Assembly (NCBI GenBank): GCA_016748015.1
Contig: JAAOMT010000620.1
Span: 395,391-459,390 of the forward strand
DNA from: Geosiphon pyriformis uo1
Taxonomy: Eukaryota; Fungi; Glomeromycota
Direction of reading: 5' to 3'
DNA length: 64,000 nucleotides
A model generated the notes under the pieces. That model was not told where the DNA came from, ran no database searches, and worked only from the letters and a program-made list of their open reading frames with translations. Within the stretch, counting starts at the first letter, position 1. Each line of letters opens with the position of its first letter. Position numbers and translations under genes: made by a program. Positions 52,140-64,000 of the stretch are shown in pieces.

Positions 52140-52570
52140 TCAGTTGAACCAAAACCTTGGGTTTCTCTATTACTTTTTCCTAATTGTTCTTTTTGATTGA
52201 CTAGTTGCAAACCTGAAATATTGATTAGGAGTAGGTAAATAGCTTGGGCAATTTTTTCAGCATGGTTGATCTTGAATAATTTGTCAGTTTCATTTTAAAG
52301 CATTACTGTAATATCTCCCATATATTCAGCATTGATTATTTCTTCTCTGACATTAATTCTTTTGTTTGCCAGAGAAGACCGGAAGGCAATTTGAACCATT
52401 GCTCCTGGTGGAATTTTGAGTGCAATTTTGAGGTTGATTTTTGTGAGAGATTTGGGTTTAAGAACAAGAATATTCTTGTCTGAATATCTTAGGTCATATT
52501 CAGCATCAATTTCATGTGCTTTTTCGGGTTTTATTCCTTGTCCGTTGTTGTTAAAGTATTTGAATTGTAA
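52140..52570 (-). pseudogene. dUTPase domain within the Ty3 polyprotein
   Basis: All five trimeric-dUTPase motifs in order, slightly eroded: DAEYDL (AGYDL), RSSLA, EEIINAEYMGD (GGVIDAGYTG), KIAQAI, RETQGFGST (RGxxGFGST). Confidence 0.93.
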
Positions 52571-55500
52571 GGCAGGTTGACTTTCGATAAGATAAATAGG
52601 TGTTGTTTTAATTTTTTTTGTTGCTTCAAGTTCTCCAAATTCAATTTCGTTTTCATCATTTTTACTGGGCAGGAGAATGCTAAGAGCATAGCATTCAGGG
52701 CACCATTGCTCATCACAGAGCATTATGCATTCTTCACACAATTTAACGTTTATTTGCTCTAGCCATTGAGTTTGAGCTTCTTTGGTCGGGTAAGTGTAAC
52801 TGGCAATTTGGTGATATACTTCTACTTCATCTTCGTAGTTGTATCCAGCAATTTTAAAGGTGTATACAATGTATTCTGATTCTTTCATTTGACGAACATT
52901 TTCTTGAGTGGCTTTGTTGATTAAAGCCATTGCTAAGTCAAAAATCATTTTGGCATCATGAGGGTAATGGTACAGTTTATTGAGAATACTGTTATATGCT
53001 GCATCAAAGGGTGTTCCTCTTTTTACTTTTTCTGAAATTGATAAAGCATATTGGCAGGTCTGATTGCAGACTCCTCCTCTCATTGCTACATCAATCCAAT
53101 TACATTCTTCTGGTAGCATATCTCCACAAGTCAAACAAGAGGTGTTATCCCATTTTCCATTTCTTTTTATTAGATGGCTCCATCATTCTCTATGGCAAGC
53201 CTTGTAGTAATAACAAGTATAATTTTCATATTCTTCTTCAGGTGAAATGCAGGCTTCCATTGAGAAGAGTTTCTTGTAGCAGTCCTTGTATTTGAGTGGA
53301 ATGTAAGGGCATTGTTTTCGTGGTTTTGGTTTTGAATAGGGGACATTCCATCTGGTTGTCACTGGTTCTTCTGTTTCAAGAGAATCATTTGTTGAAAAGT
53401 ACTGTTGTTCAGTTTCATCAGCCCAATTGGAGGTTAATCCAAGTGTCATAAATGTTTCAATAATGGGCTTTTCTTCTTCTAGTTCAAATTCAAAAGCTGG
53501 GGCTTTTTCAGAGTGTTTGTTGAATGTACCACAAGTGGCAGGTACCCAGGCATGTTGTCTTTGGTAGGAGATTGTTAACTCTTATGTCTCCCAATTCAGA
53601 TTAGCATTGGCTTTTTGAAGCCAATCATTTCTGATAAAAGCTTGGTACTGGGGTGCGTCTATTACAAGAACTTTGACTGGAATAGTGATTCCATCAAGAG
53701 TGAACAGAAAATTGTCAATTTCACTTACTGAAGTCTTTTTCATGCCATCAGCAGTAATGATTACTGTTTGAGCTGGTCGGTCGACATTTTTCTTTAACTA
53801 TTGCATTAACAGGTAGGTAATAATGCTTCCAGCAGATCCACTGTCTAAGATCAAGCAAATTGCCTTTTCTTCGACTTCTGCTTCAGTGTACATAGCAGTA
53901 ATTGCTTTTTGTTTGTTGGCGGCTGCATTGCTGAGCAGAAATAGTAACTCATTTGCTTCAAACTCAAAAAAAAATATGTCTAAAAGGTTGGCGTTTTCAG
54001 TAATTTTGGTTGGTGGAATTGTAGTAGGAGTATAGGAAGGGTTTTGTTGTCGTGCTGCAACTTTACCTTCCAAGAGTGCAGTATGGTGAAAATTCTGTTT
54101 TTCAGATATTGTAAGATAGCTAGGTTGAGTATGATAATGGGTGGGTCTTGGTTGAATTGAATTTTGGGAAACTAATTGGTTGTTTGAATTGATTCTATTG
54201 TTGTTTATTTGGTATCAGTTTTGTGGTGTAAATTGATTTTGCAGGATTAATCTTTGAGCAGGCACTTGATAATGTTATGTGGGTGGTTGTTGGTATTGCT
54301 GTTGAATTGGCTGTGGGGCAGACTAATAATAGTTACTTTGATATTGGGATCTTGGTGGATAGTAAGCTGGTGGTGGTGGTTAATAATAAGATTGCTGTGG
54401 TGGAGGGTAACATTGATTACTCTTATTTTGTTGGTCTCGTTGTAGCTTTCTGCAATCTCTTTTCCAGTGGCCAGAAATTCTACAGTAATGGCAACTTTGA
54501 GACTGGTTATTAGAGAATGATGTGAAGTTGTTTTGATTCTGTCTTTGGGGTGGTTGATATCTTTGGGGTTGCTGTTGTTGTTGGTTGGTGAAATAGTTTT
54601 TGACTTTCTTTGCGAGTTGGTCAATTTTCTCTTCAGCTGCTGAACTGGTTTCTCCAATGGCTAAGTTCACGAGTTTTGTACAATTGGCTTCTTCCATGGC
54701 TATTTCATATCTTTTTGTATGCTGAATGACAGAGTTTAAATTTTCTGGGACATGTGGGCAAACCTTTTTAATCAGTTTATCCTTTAGACCAGCAATGAAT
54801 TGATCCAAGATTTGAGCATCGGAATAATAATTGTTTGTTTTGAGTTGGCAAATTTGTCTAAGAAGTTTGTTGAATTTCCCAATATAAGTCATAACAGATT
54901 CAGAGGATTCTTGTTTGATATTGTGAAACCGATTTTGAAGGGTAATGGAGGTATTATTGTTGGTGAACTGTTCAAGGAAGGCTGCTTTGAAAGTATCTCA
55001 ATCATTGAATGAAGTGGCCAAGTTTTCAAACCATTCTCCTGCTGTTCTTTTGAGAAAGTAGGGAATTGTTCTTAACATTCTGGCAGCATTCCATCTATTT
55101 GCATCTCCAGCTTTAGTAACTTGGTCAAGCCATTCTTGGGAACTGGTCTCAATGTCTTCTCCATTAAATTCAGAGATTTTTGTGATGTATGCTGTTATTT
55201 TGTTTTCTTTGTTTTCACTGTCTATTGATTCTTCTTCAGTTATTTCAGAGTTGTTTTTTTCGTTTGCTGCTGTCTCAGAGTGTTCACTTTGATTTTCAGC
55301 TAGAAAATCAAGAAGATTGGAACTAGTTTGAAGGGGTTTTTGCTGTCTGGTAGGATTTTTGAATGATGTAAAATCTTCTGGTCTTGCAAATCAATTTAAG
55401 GGTGAATTAGGTGTTTGTGCTTGTGCAAGTAAAACTGAAAAAGGTGTGATAGTAAGTGGAAGTTTTGAACTGGTTCCTTGTTCAGGTGTTTGTAAGTGTT

Positions 55501-56121
55501 TGGCAGTTGTTTTTGGTAGTATTGGGATATTTGGGGTGGTTTTTGAGTATTGCTTCAATTTTTGTTTGCCTTTGTTGCTTGTTTCTGTCTCTGATTCAAA
55601 ATCAATGAAGTATTGAGACTGCACTGGATATGTTTCTTCACAGTACTTGATAATGTTAAAATTTAGTTCTTGAAAGTAAGTGGCAAGTGTTTCATTGTTA
55701 AGGTCTTCAGTTTTCAACTGTGAATAGTGTGCTAAATTATTGTAAAAGTTGCTTCTAACTTCTAAGATATTGTAATTTCCAAAAAGATAATTGTTGATGT
55801 GGTTTTCAATATATTGGTATACTGATTTCTTAACAACTTCAATTCCGTCTGGAATGTTGAATCTTTGCTTGCAGTGGGTGTAAATTGATTGGTACTACTC
55901 TAGAGTTGTTGCGTCTAATGTGGTTGTCACTTTGAAGTTGTTTTGCTGTGTTATTTTCGTGGAAGAGCACTAAATGTTACTGAAGGTTTTTGGTCTCTTT
56001 TCTTAAACATTGTTGATGTCTGTTTGCTGTGGATTCCCGTTTTCTGGATGTGGTTGAACCTCCAGTAACTGAATTTATCTTCAAATTATCTCTTATAATT
56101 TGAACTGCTGGACTTATAAGT

Positions 56122-56859
56122 GGAATAACCAATTTCATGCCAGTTACTTTGTATAGTTATGTTGTAGTAAATGTCAACTTTTTCCCAGGAATTGCTTGTC
56201 TGGAAGCTCACTAAAAATGTATAGTTACTTTGCTGTGAAAGTCAACTTTTCTATAAGAATTCTCATCTGTAGGCTACCCAAAATGATTTATAATAAGAAA
56301 AAAAAAAGAATAAGAGAAATGTAAAAGAAAAAATAAAACTGATGATTTATGGAAATTGTTTTGGATCCAGGCCTGGAAGTGCTTTAACAGTTTACCGAAA
56401 TTGGCAGCTAGTCAATTTCAAACTGTTAGTAGGAATTGGTTAATTTCAAAGGAAATAATTTAAGAATTTGGCTTTTCAAATTATTTGATATTTATTTGTC
56501 TTTTGGGTGTAAAGGATTATTCTAATTGTTTTTAATCTGAAGTAAGATACATTTTCTCGAAGAGAGACACTCTTCTTTTATACAACTTGTCATAATACTA
56601 TTCTATGAACTTGAACTTTGCTATTTTCTACAATATCGCTGAACTAAAGATACATTTCGGCAAACTACAAATTATTTCTGTAAACTATTAGATATTTTGG
56701 TAAACTATCAATTATTTCAGCAAATTTTTACAAATTTTGGTGAACTTTTTGAATGTTACATAGTTCGGAATATTGCATGATTGATCATCACAATTAGGTT
56801 ACATTTGTGTTATATACAAATTAGGTTATTAATTAAATAATAATTTCGGACATTTTGCT
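56122..56859 (-). repeat. Ty3 5' LTR plus leader; diverged direct copy at ~48070-48805
   Basis: Colinear blocks, e.g. AATAACCAATTTCATG, TTGGATCCAGGCCTGGAAG versus TTAAATTTAGGCCTAAAAA, and AAACTACAAATT(A/G)TTT(C/T)TGTAAACTATTA. Confidence 0.8.
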
Positions 56860-56861
56860 AA

Positions 56862-57342
56862 TGTAATAAGTGATAATTTGAAACAATAATATATGTTAAT
56901 TAATGATGGGAATTATAATGATAATTTCATGTTAAATAATATCTCTAATTTTGTCTGGTAACAATGTTTCCCTTGACAAAATTCTATTTCTTTTACATTT
57001 CTTTTATTTTTCTTTTCTTTTTTTATTACAATCATTAGGGTAGCCTACAGACAAGATTCCTGTAAAAAAGTTGACTTTCACAGCAAAGTAATTACACATT
57101 TTTAGTGAGCTTCTAGATGAGCAATTCCTGGGAAAGAGTTGACATTTACTACAACGTAACTACATAAAATAACTGGCATGGAATTGGTCATTCCACTTAT
57201 AAGTCCAGCAAGTTCAAATTATAGAAGATAATTTGAAGATAAATTCAGTTATTGGAGGTTCAACTACTTCTAAAAAACGTGAATTTGCAACCAACAGACA
57301 TTTACAATATTCAAAAAAAGAGGCCAAAAACCTCCGGTAACA
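56862..57342 (+). mobile_element. 5' fragment of a same-family Ty3 on the opposite strand (169-bp LTR-like unit TGTAATAA...TTATTACA, PBS region, leader)
   Basis: 56862-57030 has 8-bp inverted termini; 56985-57342 is an imperfect inverted copy of ~55976-56335. Confidence 0.8.
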
Positions 57343-59991
57343 ACAGCTACAGTAATATATTAATTTTTTTTAAAGATAATTAAAAAAAGTCCAATCAAAT
57401 TGATTTTTATTCTATTAAATAAATTTTCAATTGAAATAGATCAAAATAATTCTGTTATTTTGGCTTTTTTTTTGGCAAGAGTTATAATTGTAAATGTATT
57501 TAAAGATATTTTTATATATTATGGCCAATAGTATAAATTAATTGTTTTTCTAAAATAGTATCTTTGTTAAAATGTTTTATAATTAAATTAAAATATATAT
57601 TAAATAAGATAATTTTTTTCTCTGTATTTTTTATAACTTGTTATAATATAGTGTAGTTTTAATGTTTTTATTAGTATAAATATTTATTGTAAATGAAATA
57701 GTTTTAGATTTGTTTTTAGATAATACTTTGTTTTTATTGAAATAGTTTTTCTTTAAACTGAAGTATTGACAAATATTAATATAATTATTGATAAATAAGT
57801 ATGTCTATTAACAAGAAATTAAGTTTAAGTTATTCTTAACAAGCTGTTAGTATTGGTGTTTTTGGTTTTTTTTATAATAAACTTTATAAGAGAATTGTTA
57901 CAAATAAGTATTCTATTTACATTTTTTTTTAATTAGAATTTACTAAGTAATTATATTAATTCTTTATAATTTGTATATAAGTCAAATAATTGGTAAAAAT
58001 AATATTTCTAGTTTTGAACAGCTTAATAAATAATAAAACATTCTAAATCTGTAATATTATATATTTTTTTGGCTATACTAATATTATAGTTGGTATAAAT
58101 AATAAAATATTTATGATTATTAAACTCAATTTATAATAAAACTACTTTTAAAATATTTTTTAATATATTAGTGGCTATAATAAACTGTTTTATAAAATCT
58201 GAATACATTAAAATTAGAGTTTTGATTAGTTGATATTTAAAATAGTTAAAATTTTTTGTTAATTTGTTCTTTATATATGTAAAACATGTTTTAATAACAA
58301 ATAATAAAAAAATTTAGCAATATTTAAAAAATTTTTAATAAATTGGCAATAGTATCTAGTAAGTTTTAAAAAAATTTTTAGTTTTTAAAAGTTAATTGAA
58401 ACAAAAAAATTTTTAACTTTCTGAACTTTGTTTAAATCTGGCTTTATTTTATTTTTTTTAATAATATGTTTTAAGAATTTAAGCTTAGTTTTTCCAAAAA
58501 AATATTTATTAGAATTGAGTTTAAGTTTTGTATTTTAAAAACAGTTAAAAACTTGTTAAAAATAAAATAGATAATTATCAAATATCTTTGAAAATTTATT
58601 AGTATTATTTAAATAAACAATAATTAATTTTTATAAAATTTCTTTGTATATAATATTCATTAAATATTAAAAGATAACTAGAACATTATAGAATTCAAAA
58701 AACATTATATTAAATTTAAAATTTTTATCTTATATAATAAAAGCAGTTTTTTCTTTGTTAATAAAATTTATTTTAATTTATTTATATCTACTGGCTCAAT
58801 TTAGTAACAAAAACTATTTTTTATTTTTTAAATTATCTAAAATTTCTTAAATAAAAAAACTAAATAACTATCTTCTTAAATTATATTGTTAAGTTTTTAA
58901 TAGTTAATACAGAAAAATATTTCTTGGTAATTAGAATAACTAATAAGAATCATAAACTTAAAAATTTTTTAATTAAATTATTATTTAATATTTCTTGTAT
59001 TTCTTGCTTAATTAAGTTATCTTTATCTGAAATAATTTGATAAATTTATTGTTTAATAAGTTTAATATTTTCTGTATTAATTTTATGTTTTACAATATTA
59101 ATGTATTTAAATTTATTTTTATTGGCAAAAACATTAACATATTAATTTAATAAAATTTTAAGTTGTATTTGCTAAAAATACTTAAATTTTTAAGATTGAG
59201 TTTATTAATTTTTTTTGGAATAAACAGATAATTTTTTTTTAGTATGTTCTATATTTGAGAAATAATATTACAGAATAAAAATAGTTGTGCAAAATTAGAA
59301 ATAAATTGGAGTTTTTTTGGTTCTTAAAAAATTATAGTTATAAAACCAATAAAAGTTTTTTTAAGAATTTTAATTATATTGTCTGTTGGATTGTATATAG
59401 GAATTTTAAATTATTTATAAACTTTAACAAATATATAAAAATTTACAATATTAATTAAGTAACAAATATTTGGAATAACTTTAAACAATAAAACTTGGTT
59501 TTGAATTTTTTATCTAACTTTCATAATATACTAATAATAAAATAAGATTAAAATTACAGTATTAATATAGATAAGTTTTACTTTATTATTAATTTTTTTA
59601 TATAATTGATTTATATATTTCTTCTTCTATTAGATCTGAATTTTTGAATTTTTTTAACAGTAAGACAACTTTTTTTGAGTGTTTATTAAAGTTAGTTAAA
59701 AAATTTTAACAAGAAGCAAAAAATGGTTTAAGTAATTTTTTCTTGAAATTTAATAATATAAGATTTATTTAAATTGTTTTAAAGCATTATTATAATATTT
59801 TTTTTAAAAATCAATTTTTTTGTTTGCAAAACTAGAACAAAATACAATTTAAATCATAATATTAATAGAAATTTTTAGAGTTGATTTAAGATCTATTTTT
59901 ATAAAAAAATAAAAAACAATAATTACAAAAAATTGTTTAAAGTATTTTAAATTAAATTTAACATTGTTTATATATGCTTTTTTTGAGCATA

Positions 59992-60025
<34 letters not shown>

Positions 60026-63000
60026 CTATTTCAGTTTTAATTTTTTAGAAAAGTTAAGATAGATAAAGTATTGTTTAATTTTAGTAATTATATTTGGCTC
60101 TTAAAATAAAATGTTTTTTGTGTTTAATTTATACTTTTTTTTAAACTTCTCAAGTTTAAAAATTAAATAAAGTGTTTAAGATAATAAATTGAATAAAAAA
60201 TTATATTTATTGCAATATTAAAAATAACAAGAAATTAAATAATAATTACATAATTTTATGTTAAAATTAATCAGTCTTTGCTTTTGTTTTTTTTTAATAA
60301 AAACAAACTCTTAATAGTATTTCTAAAATATTTTAAGATTATTTATAAAAAAATCATTTGTTTTTTTTATGATTACAGAAGTATTCTTAATAATATGTAT
60401 TTTTTTAACTGTTATATTTTTTTATTTTCTTGTAACTATTTTCCAAATTTTATTTTTATTATAAAGATACAAGTTTAATTAGTCGATTACTTAATTATAA
60501 ACAATAGTAAATAGAGTTTTTTTGTATGTTTAATTATTAATTAAGATAATATATTAACACAATTTATTACAGATTTTTTTTTATCAAAAATATTGTTTTA
60601 TAGTCTTTTATATAACAAAATTTCTCTACAAGCAAGACATGATATGTTATTTTATTTGCCTTATTATTTTAGATGTCTAAATTATTTTAATATATATGTA
60701 TAACAGTAATATTTAGTTATAATTAGTTATATTGGATTGTTTCTAATACATATATTTATTAATAATAATTTTTTTATATAATTAACACAGATTAATTTAA
60801 ATAATATAATTAATTTTTTTAATTTAATAATACATAAACTGAAATTAATATTTGTAGCTTTTTTTTAATTCTTTCTTTGTTTTTTTTTTTTCAAGTAAGT
60901 AGTAATAGTAGCTTTGTGTTAAAATTATTAACCCAAAAAATTTGATATATTTTTAAAATAAATTATACTACAGATTTTTTGAATTTAATAAAAGATTATT
61001 CTGGAATTATTGTTTTAAAATATTAACAAATAGCAGATACTTAAGTATATTAATTATAAAATATAATTTAAAACTCCTGAATGTTTTAATTTAAAGTAAT
61101 ATAAGCTTTAATTAACTAATTATTATTAACTAAAGCTTAGTATTAAATTGCTTTTATGATAAAAACTTTGATAAAAATTTTATTTTATTTATTTTGAAAA
61201 AAAAATTATTAATTTTTTTTATTAAAGTTTTAATATTTTTATTAATAATAATTATTTTAACAATATTAATATAATTTACTCAATGATTTAATTGATTTAT
61301 GTGTTGTTTTGTAATTATGTTATTAATTAATTTACTATTAAATATTAATTTAATATTTAACTATTCTATTTTAGTATTAGTATATATTATTGTAATAAGT
61401 TTGTTTTAATTAATAGTAGTTTTATTAAAGAAATTAAGAACATTTAAGTTGTTAATATTAAATAAAAATATAGTTGCAAATATTTTATCTACAGTAATTA
61501 TAGCCAAAAAATTATATTAAAAATAACTTAGTTGTTAAAAAAAAGATTATTAGATTTAATTGTAACTTTTTTTTAAAGTACAGTATTACTAAAGTTCTAA
61601 GTTTTAGAAAAACCAAAATAAGCAATTTGGTTTAAATAACTTGTTAGTAAGACTTAAAATAGTAAGTTGTTGTAATTTATATTTTAGACTAATACTAATA
61701 TAGATTGTAATTAATTTTTATTATTGTTTTTTTATATTTGATTATAGTTAATAACTTAAAGTCTTGAATTACTGTATTAAGAAATATAATACTAAAGTTA
61801 AGGCAGTACTATTGTTTAAGAATGTTAATAATAATTTTGTAGTAATTAGAATAAGTATTGTAATTGTTGATATTGTGAAAATAAGTAGTAATATTCTATT
61901 AATTAAATATATTTTAAGTGTAATTAGTATTGGTTTTCTTAATATATTTTTTTTTAATAATCTCTGGTAATATATTTTGGTTTCTAAAAATAATAACAAT
62001 TACAGAAATTTTGCTTTTATAGTTGTTGTTATTGTTAATATTATTGTTGTTATTAATATTACAAACAATTATTATCTTTTTAATATTGTAGAAACTAATA
62101 AATTCTCGAATTTTTGGCAAAAAATTTCTCAATTTTTTGAGTTAATTTTTTACTTAATTAAGTTAGATTTGCATTAATATTGGAAGTTTTATTTATAATT
62201 AAGTTAACAGCTTATATATAATTGGTTTTTTGTTTTATTGATTCAAAGTTATAAACAAGTATTATTGTATTTTGTAAATTTTTAAGATGAAATTTACTGA
62301 TCAAAGTATATTTTTTTTTAATTTCTTAATAAATTGATTCAGAATTTGTTCTAAAGTATAGTAGTTTTTTTCAATTGTTTAAATTTGGCAAAAAATTTAA
62401 TTTAATTATTTAAAATAAGTAATGACTACTTTATAATTTTTTTGTTTTATTATATTAAATTAATTTTGTAATTAGGTCAAAATATTTAGATTACTGTTAT
62501 TCATATAAATTAAAAAAAATAATAATTAAATAAAAATAAAAAATAGGTACAGAAAAAAAAAATTTTAAATTTTAAAATTTTAGAAATTTACTTAGCAAAA
62601 ATCACAAGATTTTAAGATTTCAGAATATTAAATAGAAAGAATAAAAAAATTTCAAAAAATCTTGTATAATAAAAATTATATATATATAATAATAATATTA
62701 AAGAGAAAAAAACAAATAAGTAGTTAGAAACAAAAATTTCTAATTTAATTTTTTCTTTATTATTCTATTTTAAAAATTAGTTTTTTATAATTTGAAATAG
62801 ATTTATATCTATTTAATAAACATATTATATACTTTACTATACATACCATTATAGTTGTTTAATTAAATACTTATTATTCTTATTTATTAGTTCTTATATT
62901 AATAAACTTTAATACTTAATTACATTAAAACAATAGTTTTTAAATATAGTTATTAATAAAATACTAATTTTTTCTTTCTCTTTATTGTTTTATTTTATTT

Positions 63001-63750
63001 TTATTATTGATTGTATTTTGTATATACTAATTAATTAAAAGATTAAGCACTAAGATTATTAATGTTAAAAATAATCTGGTAAAAAACTCATAAAACAAGA
63101 ATAAAAACTTAAGAATAACTTATCAGAAAAGCATAACTACCAAATTAAATTAGAAAAAAAAATTCAAAAAAACAATACAAAGAACTCAAAACCAAAATTT
63201 TTAGATTATATAAATATTTAGAATTTTATTATTATTAACCAATTAGTACCAAGTTATAAGTTTTAATTATTAAAACCAAAACCCAATTTTTTTATTTGTA
63301 ATATTATAAAAATATTGAAAAAAGATGAGTTTAAAGACAGTAAAATCAGTTAGCTTTTTATTAAAATTTTCATATTATAAGTCAGCAGTTTTAATTAAGA
63401 AGAAAAACAAGACTTGAATTATTTTGATATTATTCTAATTGTTAATAATAATTGTTTTTTGGTTTTTGCAATCTAAGTATAAGTATTTTTTTAAATTTTT
63501 TTTTCTAATTTAGTAATATTTTTATAAATCATAATAAATATAATAAAAGATTGTTTAGTTAATAATAATAAAAAACTGGTAAAAATATTTTTGGTTTTTT
63601 AGTTAAACTTAATATTAATTATTTTTATTTATTAGTTGTTACAATAGATTAAAACAGCAATGTTTTTTTTAAAAAGATAGTTGTTAATTTAGTTAGTGGT
63701 TGTAACAGTTGTTGTTTTTAAGTAGAAGTATTTTAAAAAGTACTGTTTAT
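57343..63750 (-). mobile_element. Heavily decayed Ty3/gypsy copy (gag, dUTPase ~59625-59995, RT, integrase N-half)
   Basis: RT relic IVYLNNTNKFS (~58590-58625); dUTPase relic KKAYINNVKFNLKY...CSSFA...QEKIT*TIF...KIQKFRS; gag relic EQILNQFIK..., interrupted at 62495-63303. Confidence 0.8.
62495..63303. mobile_element. Probable solo LTR of a different element inserted in gag
   Basis: Begins TGTTAT and ends GTAATA (decayed TGTTAC...GTAACA); flanked by TTAC/TTAT (decayed 4-bp TSD); the gag relic reads through when it is removed. Confidence 0.55.
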
Positions 63751-64000
63751 TTTTATTTTTTTTATTTAACGAGTGAGACCCAAATACAACCTAAAACTAT
63801 AATACCACAGAAGAGATTATATTATAGGTGTAAATTATGCGTTTTCTACATGTGATCAGACACTCGGCCCAATCAAGGACTCACTATGCTGAATTAAAAA
63901 TAGGTGAGAATAATCCCAATCCACGAATTCTCTCAATGATACCATTCAGATTCCTAGAGTCAAAAATAAACTCACTAAAAAACAATCTAGTAGATTCAAT
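63751..64000 (-). mobile_element. 3' end of another LINE copy (tail, 3' UTR, ORF2 end); runs off the right edge
   Basis: T-run at 63751-63763; 63825-63890 matches the 3' UTR motif of copies B and C. Confidence 0.82.

Larger units (their letters stand above)
48837..56859 (-). mobile_element. Ty3/gypsy LTR retrotransposon, least decayed copy: gag-PR-Cys-rich region-dUTPase-RT-RNase H-IN; disrupted by stops
   Basis: Gag with CHYCRISGHWKRDC; protease LILDSGS; RT RFCVDYRQLN, MPFGLCNAP, YLDN; RNase H TDAS..GAIL; integrase YHPQTN.LVE.F and GPY/F-like WDRPF; integrase stop at 48860. Order RT-RH-IN is gypsy-type. 5' LTR ~56289-56859. Confidence 0.95.

Noticed and set aside
56845-56852. TGTCCGAA as the start of the 5' LTR
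   Set aside because: Similarity to the 48.8-kb copy extends past it to ~56859, where the plus-strand fragment interrupts; the true start is probably lost.
59992-60023. (TAT)n microsatellite
   Set aside because: Lies just upstream of the dUTPase relic on the minus strand; best explained as eroded Asp/Asn codons.
1-64000. Alternative genetic code (TGA=Trp) to explain TGA at Trp positions in TEs
   Set aside because: TAG and TAA occur at the same kind of sites, host genes use TGG for Trp and end in TGA; G>A mutation explains it.

Overview
Eukaryotic (fungal) genomic DNA with spliceosomal introns and a very AT-rich background. The transposon families and the U12 intron suggest an early-diverging fungus, most likely Glomeromycotina; the TE proteins remind me of Geosiphon/AM-fungus repeats, but this is recollection, not a search result. 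Two compact gene islands are present. The first (~15.6-23.3 kb) holds an SLX1-like GIY-YIG nuclease with a SIM-bearing acidic tail, mitoribosomal mL40/MRPL28, an otubain deubiquitinase, an EOS1-GT31 fusion and prefoldin-5 with an AT-AC minor intron. The second (28.0-30.2 kb) holds an EAF3/MRG15 fused to a GATA finger. The rest is nested, decayed transposons: six RNase H-bearing LINE copies or fragments, at least four Ty3/gypsy copies that all carry a dUTPase, one hAT with TIRs and an 8-bp TSD, and a solo LTR. Repeats, but not genes, show massive C>T/G>A erosion on both strands, apparently favouring TpC (plus CpG), which suggests a RIP-like genome defence with an unusual context. Boundaries of decayed relics are approximate.
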